Source of the DNA: Octopus sinensis
Lineage: Eukaryota
Assembly (NCBI RefSeq): GCF_006345805.1
Contig: NC_043000.1
Location: 89,528,001 to 89,592,000 of the forward strand
Length of the DNA stretch: 64,000 nucleotides
Direction: 5' to 3'
How positions within the stretch are numbered: position 1 is the first letter of the stretch; each line of letters starts with the position of its first letter. A model generated the notes under the pieces. It saw nothing but the letters and a program-made list of their open reading frames with translations. It was not told where the DNA came from and ran no database searches. This document shows positions 27,948 through 41,139 of the stretch, piece by piece. The position numbers were made by a program, and so were the translations under genes.

Positions 27948-28580
27948 ACGACAGAATTCTTTCAAGATTTTGGACTACATTTTCTTTTAAAACGAGTGAC
28001 TAGTGAAAGCTAGGCTTATTATCTAAGCGTATGCTTGAATCATACGGTAATGAATGGAGGTCTGTGTGTGACGGGTTTCACATAAGACAGAGTGATGAAC
28101 ACCAGTCATTACATATCACTCAAATGAAAACAGAATCCTGAACCCAACGACTAGGTAAATCACCAGGTATTAGAGGTTCTTGCCTACATCTGACTAATAA
28201 ACGTTGAGTACTTACTGACTTTGCATACGCCAGAAACAAAGAATATAACTCCGTAATTCCTAGCTAACAAAATATAAATTGATTACACCTATAAGGCGCT
28301 TACAACTATGTGGATGGTATAGTTATGATTAAAGGCGTTGGATTTTAACATAGTATAGTTCTTCTAAAGCAGTTTGAAGACTTCACGTATGTGCAGCTTC
28401 TCTGATGTCGTATCAATACGAAAACTATTGCCTGCAGGGATATATATATATATATATATATAAGGAGAGAGAGACCTATATATATATACTATATATATAT
28501 ATATATAATATATATAACAAATAAAATCCAAAACAGAAGCAGTACCTATAAATAAATAAATATATATTATATATATATAG

Positions 28581-28611
<31 letters not shown>

Positions 28612-29025
28612 TATATCTATATATATATATATATATATCGGAGTAAACACATAAATGTGAAACAAGGTGGAAAAAGATTACTCAAATACCAGGGGTAGAG
28701 TAATATGCTTATTTTGAAGCAGCAGAAATTCCAAACTCCGAGTAACAGCTTTTGTTGAATTTCTGCTGCTTTTAATAAAGTATATAATATAATATATATA
28801 TATATATATATATATAGGTTGATAATAAATGTTTTGGATTAATAAGTTTAAGTCAATTAGTGTGTTTAAATGTTAAGTAGAGCACCGGCACAGTATAGAA
28901 TACTTGTGGTCATCGGCATTCGTGGTATACTTCCGGAAATTCAGTGTCAGTTAGGGTAATTATATTAACTTGAAGATGGGGGTAATTAGGTCTGTCTGTT
29001 TATAGATAGAAAGACAGATAGACAG

Positions 29026-29194
<169 letters not shown>

Positions 29195-31850
29195 CATAGA
29201 TAGATACATATGCACATATGTGTGTGTATTTTCTTTTAGTTTTTTAAATTTCTTTTATTCGTTTCAGTCGTTTAAATGCGGTCATGCGGCAGCACCGTTT
29301 TTTAGTCGAAGAAATCAACCCCAGGGCTTACTTTTTATAAACCTGGTACCTAATCTATCACTCTCTTTTATCGAACCTCTAAGTTTCGGAGATGTAAACA
29401 CACCATCATCAGTTGTCAAGCGATCAGGGTGCAAGTGGTGACAAACATAGACACAAACACACATACATAGATATATACAAACATATATTATAATAATATA
29501 AATAATATATATAAATATATGCATATATACATATATATATATATATGCACATACCTACATATATATGTATATATACATGCATATATGGGTACAGGATATC
29601 AAAAAAACGTGTATGAATGAGAAACTAGAATATAAGAAACGAAAACATAGAAGACGAACTTTTTTTCGAACAACGAAAAAAACAAACAGAGAAACGTGAC
29701 ATGCAACATAAAGTACATTCCCTTCATCAGATGTCCCCTGTTTTATCTATTTTATCTACTCCGCGTTTTCGAAGGTCAGGACAAAACGCGACTTCGTTCA
29801 AACAATCCTTCCCGCAAAGCAAATTAATAAAATTTGGGATATTTTGCGGAGGGTGAAAGTGGAAACAAAAACAGGACAGTGAGAATAAAACACTAAAAAC
29901 AAACTGTGAGGGCTGTTAAGCCAAGTCGATATGAAGTGCTGAACGCTGGAAAAACGAGCTTTGGGAAGAGACAGATAAAAGCACGTCTTGTCTTTAGGAA
30001 GGAAGTGGAATAAAGAGAGAATGGCCGTTAGTCACGTGTGATCAATGAGAGTCAAGGAGGATGAGTGACAGAGAGAGGGGGAATGGTGAAGTGGAGAGGA
30101 GAAGAATAAGGAAAGGGTGGGAGAAAAAACAGAAAGGAAGAAGAACAAGAGAGGGAGATAAATAGACAGAAAAGAGAGAGAATAAGAGTGCACATCGTAA
30201 TTATTAAGACAAAACTTACTTCGAAAAGGATGCGTGGTGTTCGATCATATAATAATACAAATAATATATACGACGGGCTTCTTTGGGGAGCAATCTTCTT
30301 ACCACACAGCCAATGTATGTATGTATGTATGCATAATTTTAATGACACAAATTATTTCTAGGGTAGGTGTATCGCGAAGCAAATAAAGCTCTATATAATA
30401 GCATGTAAATATTTGTTTAAAAATTTTATAGATAGAAAAGGCTGGGGCAGCTTTCGGTTTTTTCTTCCTTTGTGTTTTAAACTCAGTATTTATATGGTAT
30501 TACTAACAGTTTTATTTGTTTCGACAACAATAAATGGAAGGTGCAGTTATGTACAGGTTGACGGAAGAAAGGTGGGACAAAAAGGGCTTTATCGATCGCA
30601 TTCTCACCTGGAATCGATTTTTGTAATTTTTTCAAGACTTGTACATGCCCTGATACCGTCGGTATCTACATATCAAATTTGAGCGCAATCGGATGGAAGA
30701 TGTCCGAGATCCGAGAAGACACACACACACACACACACAGAACGGATTTTATATAAGATAATATATAAATATAGTGATACAATTAAATAAGTACAATTTC
30801 GTTTGAAGTAATATTTTTGAAGCTCTAGCGAAACTTTGGAAGTAAACATTTGTGTACTAATTGTTAGCCTCATGAATTTACCTTAATTAAGCAATTCATT
30901 ATATCAAAAAAATTCAAATTGTTTAAAAGGTTAGACAGTTATTTTGAAAAAGTTTTCTTTAAAGTATCAACAATTTTGTAAAAAAATTAATGATTCACTA
31001 CATAAGTATGTGTATACAGACTGATATGTGTGTATGGTGTGTGTATCAAGAGAGGTGTACATTTACATTTATAACAACAAAGGGAGGTATATATATATAT
31101 ATATATAATATATATATATAATTATATATATATATATATATACATATATGAGTGTGTGTGCTTGCATTTATGTATGTATTCAACTTACAGAAGGAAAAGG
31201 TATTCTACAAAAACATTAAGCAGTGCTCAATGTAATGCTTAACTGTTAAATATATTTAGCACAAAAAGAAAATATTGTGACTGATCTGGTTTATTGGGAC
31301 TGTCTAAAGTCATTGAAGCTCTATTACCTCTAATACTAGCGTGAATGCCGCTCATTTGTACAAAGTGGAGAACATACGATGAACATTGCCCAGGTGATCT
31401 TGTCATAAAGTTTACCTTCCAACGAAGACTGAGACGACCCTAACCCAAATCAGACTTACAACAAACCGGAATGCAACACAATTCCTTTTCTTCAATAGAG
31501 CTTATCTAATGTTATCCCACAACCGATCAAATAAAAATAGGCCATAACAAATTTCAAGAGATATCAAATTAATCTACTACACCTAGATATGGTTCAGTCA
31601 ATAACTCCCTACTTCGATTGGCTACAACACCACAAAAACCGACTTCAAAAGACTTAACAGATTATGTCAGACTGCAGTATCAAATTAGACATGGTCTGGG
31701 CCAAATTTGCCCATAATATGGCTACGACGCTTATCTAAGTTTTGTCTAAGTTTCTATATGTATACACACACACACGCATATATATATATATATATATATA
31801 TCTATATATATATATACGCGAGAAAGAAGCACAAGAATGGATAGGTTTTA

Positions 31851-31936
31851 TAGTACGATCGTTTCATACAAGGACAGGTTTTTATTAAAAGTTGCAAAGA
31901 TTACAGCATATAAACGAGTCCCGTACTCATCAGCTA
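31851..31936 (-). ncRNA. Minimal type-I hammerhead ribozyme (left arm of fold-back)
   Basis: Minus strand UAG-CUGAUGA-GUACGGGAC...GUCCUUGUAU-GAAA-CGAUCG-UA-CUA. Confidence 0.75.
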
Positions 31937-33067
31937 AAATACATGTAAGTTCTCTAGACATCCTAGTGTTTGAGGCTATACTCATGAAGTAATGTAGATA
32001 ATTAAACAGATTTCTAAATTTCATTAAAGTTCTTTAAAGATGATGTACAGTCTTATCACAGAATTTTAAAAAGTTTTGATAGCATCACAGAGAAGGTGAC
32101 CTAATCCATATGAATTTCCATAGATATGATGAGGGATTATATACTCACAGAAGACAAATTTATCCATTGTTAATTACAACGAGGTGGGTCTCAATTCCTG
32201 CTTATTAGCATTACAGAGAGGGTGAATTAATCCTTTGTATATATGCACAGATTCCAATGGTGTAGATGTAAATTTCTAGAGAAATGGAGATGAATTTCAT
32301 ATTCACAGGCGATAAATTTTACAATGGTTGAACACCATTGTTCAACCATTGTAAAATTTATCGCCTTTGAATATGAAATTCATCTCCATTTCTCTGGAAA
32401 TTTACATCTACACCATTGGAATCTGTGCATATATACAAGGATTAATTCACCCTCTCTGGTAATGCTAATAAGCAGGAATTGAGACCCCCCTCGTTGTAAT
32501 TAACGTGGATAAATTTCTTCTGTGAGTATATAATCCCTCATCATATCTATGGAAATTCATATGGATTAGGTCACCTTCTCTGTGATGCTATCAAAACTTT
32601 TTTAAAATTCTGTGATAAGACTGTACATCATCTTTAAAGAACTTTAATGAACTTTAGAAATCTGTTGAACACCATTGTTCAACCATTGTAAAATTTATCG
32701 CCTGTGAATATGAAATTCATCTCCATTTCTCTGGAAATTTACATCTACACCATTGGAATCTGTGCATATATACAAAGGATTAATTCACCCTCTCTGTAAT
32801 CTAATAAGCGGAATTGAGACCCCCTCGTTGTAATTAACAATGGATAAATTTGTCTTCTGTGAGTATATAATCCCTCATCATATCTATGGAAATTCATATG
32901 GATTAGGTCACCTTCTCTGTGATGCTATCAAAACTTTTTTAAAATTCTGTGATAAGACTGTACATCATCTTTAAAGAACTTAATGAACTTTAGACATCTG
33001 TTTAATTATCTACATTACTTCATGAGTATAGCCTCAAACACTAGGATGTCTAGAGAACTTACATGTA

Positions 33068-33157
33068 TTTTAGCTGATGAGTACGGGACTCGTTTATATG
33101 CTGTATCTTTGCAACTTTTAATAAAACCTGTCCTTGTATGAAACGATCGTACTAAAA
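33068..33157 (+). ncRNA. Minimal type-I hammerhead ribozyme (right arm of fold-back, sense to the VWA pre-mRNA)
   Basis: UUUUAG-CUGAUGA-GUACGGGAC...GUCCUUGUAU-GAAA-CGAUCG-UA-CUAAAA: 6-bp helix I, palindromic helix III ACGAUCGU, predicted cut after 33151. Confidence 0.8.
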
Positions 33158-33310
33158 ACGCTATCCATTCTTGTTGCTTCTTTCTCGCTTATAATCACCC
33201 CCACCACAACGGTATTGTTAAATCAGTATAGTTTTTTTTTGGTGCATCTAAGTTAGGTACCATATTCAAGTAAATTTTTAAATTAACTGAATCTTTATTG
33301 CTCTTTTATA

Positions 33311-33350
<40 letters not shown>

Positions 33351-33460
33351 CACACACACATATTTATATATAAGGATGAACACAATTCATATTATAGTTG
33401 CTACGCGCGTTTTACTATTTCGGTTGTTCGGAGTCCAAAAATAGCTGTTCCAAGTGCATT

Positions 33461-33660
33461 TACAAGGGGGTGCTGAAAATTTCACGAAAGGCCTGGTTGG
33501 AAAACCCAACCTCCCGAGTCCTTTTACGGGGCTTGGAAAAATTGAAGGTTTACCTCAATAAGCGTGTGAATTTGGGTGAATATGTTGAAAAAAATCATAA
33601 TTAACTGATCCTCCTGTATTTTGTTTTACCCAAAGCCAGAATCTTTTCAGCCTCCAATCT
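33461..33660 (+). mobile_element. Internally deleted mariner derivative
   Basis: TIR-like ends tacaagggggtgctgaaaa...ttttcagcctcc and a mariner C-terminal remnant GLEKLKV..NK.V.LGEYVE. Confidence 0.65.
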
Positions 33661-33849
33661 CGAAGATGATCAACTAAAACTGCACATCAGAGGACACTTT
33701 ATTGCATTACGTTGCAGATAATTATGTAGAAATGGCTCCGTGTCATATATATTATATATATATATACATATATTAAATAAAGATGTATTGTTTCCGTTAT
33801 TAAGGTAGTAATAAAATGGTCAGCAAGTTCACACCGTTAAATGCACAAT

Positions 33850-34631
33850 ATAAAGCAAATTTGGATTCAGTAAAGTATATAGTACCATTGGCTAAAATCA
33901 GAGCCAAGGTTCGAAAACCACCATGAACTGACAATAAAGATACACACGAGCAATGCAATGAACGTATTAGAAATAGGCTTACCTTTGCGTTGAACACATC
34001 AGTAAGTAATCTATATTTCAATACCAATTGATTTCACCCTCTGTATGACCAACATACTCTGGGATCTTCAGTTGAAAATAACATTTTAACATCTATTTCT
34101 AAAATATTCACTACATTAGCTGGCGTGCATTAATTACTTTAAACGTTCTGCTCCGTTTAAAAGAAAACTATCGTAAAATATTGGACATACAGAGGGTAAA
34201 TCAATTTGTATTGAAATATAGAGTCCTTACTGATGTATTCAACGCAAAGGTAAGCCTATTTCTAATATGTTCATTGCATTGCCCGTGTGTATCTTTATTG
34301 TGACTTTATGGTGGCTTCGAGGCGCGACTCTGATTTTAGCAAGTGGTATTATATCCCCTACTGAATCTAAATTTGCCCTATATATTATATATATATATAT
34401 TATATATATATATATGGGCAAATTTAGATTCAGTAGGGGATATAATACCACTTGCTAAAATCAGAGTCGCGCCTCGAAGCCACCATAAAGTCACAATAAA
34501 GATACACACGGCAATGCAATGAACATATTAGAAATAGGCTTACCTTTGCGTTGAATACATCAGTAAGGCTTCGAGGCGCGACTCTGATTTTAGCAAGTGG
34601 TATTATATCCCCTACTGAATCTAAATTTGCC

Positions 34632-34662
<31 letters not shown>

Positions 34663-34750
34663 AATTTAGATTCAGTAGGGGATATAATACCACTTGCTAA
34701 AATCAGAGTCTCGCCCTCGAAGCCACCATAAAGTCACAATAAGATACACA
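33850..34750. repeat. Cluster of a TIR/MITE-like unit forming palindromes centred on (TA)n
   Basis: 34225-34378 is the reverse complement of 34416-34568 across a TA tract. A second smaller palindrome spans 34568-34750, and a diverged copy lies at 33850-34060. Confidence 0.8.
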
Positions 34751-34913
34751 TATATTATATATCCTTTATGTTCCTTTACGTGAAACGCTTTGAATATACA
34801 TATAAAAGTTCCCATTTTATTATGCTGGCTACAGCCTAATGATGCCAGCTGCCAATATTGGTTTTTTGGGGTCACACCGAGCTGTGCCGATATCATGTAG
34901 GATAATAATAATA

Positions 34914-34973
<60 letters not shown>

Positions 34974-35438
34974 TGATAATAATAATACACGGCTGGAATT
35001 TTAAATATTGAAATGCCATTTCGCCCTAAGAAATGAACACATGAACATGATCTACCCGATGTCTATGGATATTACGAACTGTAAGACTTAAGAAACATGT
35101 GAATTGTTGAAACGCGCATAATGATGCATTAAAATATTCAAAACGAAGGTAACTCTGTTAAAAGACGAAACTCAGCAATCGGATAGAAGTGATCAATAAA
35201 AAAAACTAGTGCCAGAATAAATACTAGAATCGATATATTTGAAAGTGTTACAACATCTTCGTTGCACTCTATGAACTCAAAGCAGTGACAATGAAAATAA
35301 AAAATAACTAAACCAAGAGACACTAATAACAAACAAAGCTTATAAAGTCGATGGTACTCTCTTGCTAGGTCTTAAATTATCTGGGTTTAATAGAAAAACT
35401 CAGTTTCATTGTTAAAATATGAAATTATCAAGAGATAT

Positions 35439-35538
35439 NNNNNNNNNNNNNNNNNNNNNNNNNNNNNNNNNNNNNNNNNNNNNNNNNNNNNNNNNNNNNN
35501 NNNNNNNNNNNNNNNNNNNNNNNNNNNNNNNNNNNNNN
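35439..35538. other. Assembly gap (100 N)
   Basis: Run of N. Confidence 1.
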
Positions 35539-36209
35539 AAGGAAATTAATCAAGAACATTAAGATTATACTAGATAAAGAAACGAAGATGAAACGATTAA
35601 GCCAAAAGCAGCTAAACAATTCAACGAACTAGAGCATATTCAGCAGTCAGAAACGATCGTGTCCATTTTCCGCTTTCACGTATTTATTATCCAAATACTA
35701 TAAATTGGTCGGTCGGGAAAGAGCCTGTGAGTATCTTGACGGGTGATGTAGATAATAGATAGCCTGCAACATCCTCATGGGTAAGATATAGAATTTCATA
35801 TTCTTGTAAGACGATGCTCAATGGTCGGTCTCTCTCTTTCATTGACTCTCTTTCTCTCTCCTTCTTTCACACACACACACGTTTTCTCTCTCTCTCTCTC
35901 TTACACACACACACTCTCTCGCTCTTTCTCTCTCTCTGTTCCTCTTTCTCTCTCCCCTCTCCCTCTATCCTCTCTCTTTCTCTATCTCTCTATTTCTCTC
36001 TTTCTCTTTCTTCCCCTCTCTCTCTCTATCTCTCTCTTTCTCTATCTCTCTATTTCTCTCTTTTTCTTTCTCCCCCTCTCTCTCCTGCTGATAATCGGAA
36101 ACCATCTTCTCTCTAATCTGCCCTTGACATCCTTCGCTTCACGCATTCAAATCTTTCTTGAAGCTCACTTTTCTTTAGGCGGGGGTCTTTCCTTTTAAAT
36201 TCTTTCATA

Positions 36210-36372
36210 GGCGTAGGAGTGGCTGTGTGATAAGTAGCTTGCTTACAAACCACATGGTTCCGGGTTCAGTTCCACTGCGCGGAACCTTGGGCAAGTGTCT
36301 TTTTCTATAGCCTCGGGCCGACCAAAGCCTTGTGAGTGGATTTGGTAGACGGAAACTGAAAGAAACCTGTCG

Positions 36373-36455
<83 letters not shown>

Positions 36456-36620
36456 TTGTGTGTCTGTGTTTGTCCCCCCAACATCGCTTGACAACCGATG
36501 CTGGTGTGTTTACGTCCCTGTAACTTAGTGGTTCGGCAAAAAGAGTCCGATAGAATAAGCACTAGGCTTACAAAGAATAAGTCCTGGGTTCGATTTGCTC
36601 GACTAAAGGCGTTGCTCCAA
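36210..36620 (+). mobile_element. tRNA-derived SINE family A with internal (TG)n (other copies approx. 7570-7680, 27130-27290(-), 29260-29440(-), 37674-38106, 46720-47135, 47498-47910, 53805-54170)
   Basis: ggcgcaggagtggctgtgtggtaag...ggttcagtccc head, CORE-like ccttgggcaag segment, conserved 3' end ggcggtgctccagcatggcc.cagtcaaatgactgaaacaagtaaaag. Confidence 0.85.
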
Positions 36621-37184
36621 AAAATTAAAAGAGAAACCCACAAAAATTTTGACCTCAACTAAAGCCTATTTTATCGATCCCGAAGGCTGTAAGACAAAGT
36701 CGACCTCTGCGAAATTTTAACTCAGTAAAAGTGCTGAGCATTTTTTCAAGAAGAAGAAGAAGAAGAAGAAGAAGAAGAAGAAGAAGAAGAAGAAGAAGAA
36801 GAAGAAGAAGAAGAAGAGGAGGAGGAGGAGGAGGATAATGATGATGACGATGACGATGACGATAACGGTGAAGAAGGCCAAGAATATTGAGATATATTTC
36901 ACAAGTTATAAGTAGTACACATACACATATTTCCGCATATACACGTATACAGGCAAGAGCGTATAAACTTATGCAGGCAAGTGCGTATACACACAAAAAC
37001 ACAAGCAACGAAAGCAATTCCTTCGTCAGTAGCCAAACTACATATAAATTATTGCAGACAGGTAGTAAGAATAATGTTTGGAGACGAGTAGTGAGTAAGA
37101 ATAATTGTTTCCACTTATTATTAATGAGATTTCACCACTATAATAGCAGTTTATATTGTCTTACAAATAATAATGATGATGATG

Positions 37185-37216
<32 letters not shown>

Positions 37217-37591
37217 TATAATAATAATACCAATAATAATACATTTTTCATTACAGTACTATATCGCTCAATGACAAAGATTTATAATTGAAAATATACA
37301 CCTGTATATATCTATGCGTGCGTATGAGTATAAATGCATATATACATACACAGCTCTCACCTCCACATAAGTACATATATATATGTGTGTGTATGTGTGT
37401 GTGTATCTATGTATACATACATATAGGTGACTTTTCTATCCATAGTGTTTCCAGCACATTTGCACGCAATTATTTATAGCTGTATCTGCTTCGAGTGTCT
37501 CCATTCCAAAACAAATATATGTGTCTGTATATGTGTATAGATATATATATGTGTGTGTGTGTATGTTTATGTAATATATGCATACATACAT

Positions 37592-37659
<68 letters not shown>

Positions 37660-38174
37660 TATATATATATATAGGCGCAGGAGTGGCTGTGTATAGGCGC
37701 AGGAGAGTGGCTGTGGTAAGTAGCTTGCTTATGGACCTACATGGTTATGGTTCCGGGTTCAGTCCCACTGCGTGGCATCTTGGGCAAATGTCTTCTACTA
37801 TAGCCTCGGGCCGACCAAAGCCTGTGAGTGGATTTGGTAGACGGAAACTGAAAGAAGCCTGTCGTATGTATGTAATATATATATGTAATATGTTTGTTTG
37901 TGTCTGTGTTTGTTCCCCCTATCATTGCTTGAGAACCGATGCTGGTGTGTTTACGTCCCCGTCACTTAGCGGTTCGGCAAAAAGAGACCGAGAGAATAAG
38001 TACTGGGCTTACAAAGAATAAGTCCCGGGGTCGATTTGCTCGACTAAAGGCGGTGCTCCAGCATGGCCGCAGTCAAATGACTGAAACAAGTAAAAGTAAA
38101 AGTAAAGTATATATATATACTTGTTTATGATGTTTTGTGAATTTATGGAAAGAAATCCCATATGCATATTTGTA

Positions 38175-39336
38175 GTGTGTTCCAACAAAATGTATACACA
38201 CTTTAAATAATTGTAAAATAGGTTTATCAAAATACATTTCATTTTCAAAATTTAATAGAATCTACAGACATTAATTAATTTTTTTGTCAACGCCTGTTTT
38301 CAACCTGCTGACAACGCGAAACAATAGAATCGCAAACATCACGAAACAAATCGTTTGGTACTTGTATGCATTCTCGTTCAATGGCTGCTCTCAAATCAGC
38401 TACTGTTGCAGGTTTCATAGCTTAGACTTTATCTTTTAAGTATCCCCATAAAAAAAGTCTTGTGATCTGAGGTCTGGTTAATGCGGAGGGTATTCAAAGG
38501 ATCCGCAATGGTAGTGTGGAGGTGCTCCATCTTGCTGAAAATAAAACTCCTCATCTTCTCTAATGCTTGGCATGACAGACTGTTGCAGCAAGTTCAAGTA
38601 AACGGGACCAGTTACAGTAGCGTCAAAAAAGAATGATCCAATTAATCCCTTTGACGATAAACCACATCACACTGTAACTCCTGGTAAATTGACATGGTAT
38701 TCCACCATAACGTGCGAATTCTCAGGTCTCCAGTAGGTGCAATTGTACCGGTTAAATGATTTGAAGGTAGCCTCATCACCCCACACAATCTTTGTTGGAA
38801 AGTGTGCTTCTTCTACACATCGTGCCAAGTACCACACGCAATACTGCACATCTCAGTCTGGATCAACGTCATTAATAGCATGGACTAATCTTGGAAAGTA
38901 ACTTTTCTATTGACAACGCTTCAAAATGCATTGGGCAGACGATTTTGGAATACCTACCTCACGACTTGCTTGCTGCACAGATTTTCTTGGACTTTGGTCA
39001 TACCTTTCCAGCACTCCTTCTTACTTTGTGGGGGTTCTCGATGTTCGTGGTCTTCCGGAACGCTTCTCGTGGCCATTCTGAACAGTTCCATCGGCTTCAA
39101 ACTTATCTCTAATTCTAGTGGCGGGGAGTCGTGTTGGTGGATGTGTTTGAAACTCCCTTCTAAACTGTTTTTGCACTTCAACTGCGTTTTCACACTTCAA
39201 GCAACATTTTAGAATGAATTTCCTTTGTTCAAAGCTTAGTCTGAGTGCATCATTAATTTCAATCAGTTTAATCTGGAAAGAAAAATCATCAATTGAGTTA
39301 TCAGCTGGTAAAGTGTGCATACATTTTTCTGGACAC

Positions 39337-39339
<3 letters not shown>
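38175..39339 (-). mobile_element. Tc1/mariner-superfamily DNA transposon, decayed transposase
   Basis: [34 protein letters not shown]. TIRs gtgt(t)cca..aaaatgtat.cacacttta at both ends, with TA at the right end. Confidence 0.88.
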
Positions 39340-39421
<82 letters not shown>

Positions 39422-39449
39422 AATATATATATATATATATATACATACA

Positions 39450-39481
<32 letters not shown>

Positions 39482-39504
39482 CATTATTATATATATATAT
39501 ATAT

Positions 39505-39558
<54 letters not shown>

Positions 39559-39620
39559 TATGTGTGTGTATTCTGTGTTCAAGGATTTCGATTAACTGAC
39601 TTACTGAATTAGTGACCAAA

Positions 39621-39760
39621 GTAATTCTAAGGTACGTCCGTGTCACATGGCGTCAAGTTGTTCCTCTTAATTGGGGTTAGGGTCAAGTGTTCCCCTAACC
39701 CTAACCCTAATTAAGAGGAACAACTTGACGCCATGTGACATGGACGTACCTTAGAATTAC
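39621..39760. repeat. 140-bp hairpin (MITE-like) with CCCTAA/TTAGGG motifs beside the loop
   Basis: ~60-bp arms gtaattctaaggtacgtcc...ggacgtaccttagaattac. Confidence 0.8.
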
Positions 39761-40682
39761 ATGTACACAGTTCCGTCTTCCCAATTTCTCTCAACCCGTG
39801 TGGATTAATTCAATGTCATATAACAATAATACTTTCCCAAAATACCATGTTGTTGGAACGAACGCAAGAACCCATGTTGCAAAGCGAACCCCGTAACAAC
39901 GTACCTGTGTATGTGCATTATTGCCGTTGTTGTTGGTGAAAGTGTAGCCAAATGTGTAAGATGCTCGCTCCTCGTTCAGGAGGTCCCGGTGTCGATGTTA
40001 CTGCATTGTGTCTTCAGCAAATATCATTCACCATTTCACTGTCTACGAAGGGCATCTGCATATTCAGCCACGTTCAGAGTTTTCCAATTTAGCAGGTACG
40101 TTAGCTGAGTGAAACACAAACTTCATTGTCGAAACCGGCGGAACTCTGTTGCTTAACAGTATATATTGTGTGAGGGGATGTGCGTACGTGTGTGTATGTA
40201 ATAGGAAGTTAAAAGTTATGGCCGGTCATAGAGTGACCACTGGTTTCGCACCACTGTAGCACTGTGACATCGGACTCAAATGGGTAAAGGCGCATAATCT
40301 CCCTACAACAGGAGGAAGAAATACGTAACTGTCAGTTGATTTTGGAAACAAAATATCCCCTTCATACTGGCTCCGGTCATGGTAATATTCGAAGGAGCTG
40401 TGGCGGGAATATTCAACGGATGAGGAATTCCAAGTCTGGAGTAAGAATCGTTTGAAATGTGGGCATTGATTATATACTTCTTTCCGGGAATTTAAAAGGG
40501 TCGAGCAAGCTTTTTAAGATTCTTGCCTTCTCATCTAAGCAAAACTTACATGGTTTGTTACATCTACACTAGAAGATTTATCAAGATGAATACTACAGTT
40601 TTGTGGTTTTCGATGGTATATCCACATCAAGTAAGATATATAGAGTGCTGTTCTGAACAAATACTGCTTCCGTCGCTGATAT

Positions 40683-40753
<71 letters not shown>

Positions 40754-41097
40754 TATATATATATGTATATTATATGTATATAGTATGTATGTATGTATGT
40801 ATGTAGTATGTATGTATGTACGTATGTATGTAGATAGTATTTGTATATATGTATATATGTGTGTGCGCGTGTGTATACATATATATATATATATATGTTC
40901 ATACGCGTACTCACAATGTATTAGTGTTTGTGTGGATATATATTGATATTAGTATATATGGTACCATAATGTATTACTGTAAAATATTATGACCACCAAA
41001 TAAATTACAGTAGGTGACGTGATGCGAATGTTTTCAGAATTGGGTTAATTTTCATATTGTTATTAACTCAAAATTTTTACATTTCGTTCTATTTCAG

Positions 41098-41139
41098 CTC
41101 AGAAAATTATTCCAACAATTATTCCGACAGATGCACCAG
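41098..41139 (+). CDS. Multi-VWA protein linker micro-exon 1 (AQKIIPTIIPTDAP)
   Basis: Polypyrimidine tract plus tttcag|CT, donor CCAG|gtaagt, 42 nt, phase 1-1. Paralogous to the micro-exons at 44663 and 52862. Confidence 0.82.

Larger units (their letters stand above)
31817..33190. repeat. Fold-back inverted duplication with a tandem second right arm
   Basis: Left arm ends at 32334, 4-nt loop ccat, right arm 32339-32665, then a second full right arm 32666-33190. Confidence 0.9.

Noticed and set aside
29374-29415. CUGAUGA...GAAA on the minus strand
   Set aside because: Chance mutations within a SINE-A copy (other copies read ccgatgct...cgtaac), and helices II and III do not pair.
29660-29735. 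CUGAUGAAGGG on the minus strand
   Set aside because: No properly placed helix II/GAAA/helix III could be found.
40103-40145. HHR-like relics (also ~49124-49160, ~52066-52112, ~58320-58355)
   Set aside because: Two or more core positions and helix I or III fail, so these cannot be distinguished from chance without alignment.
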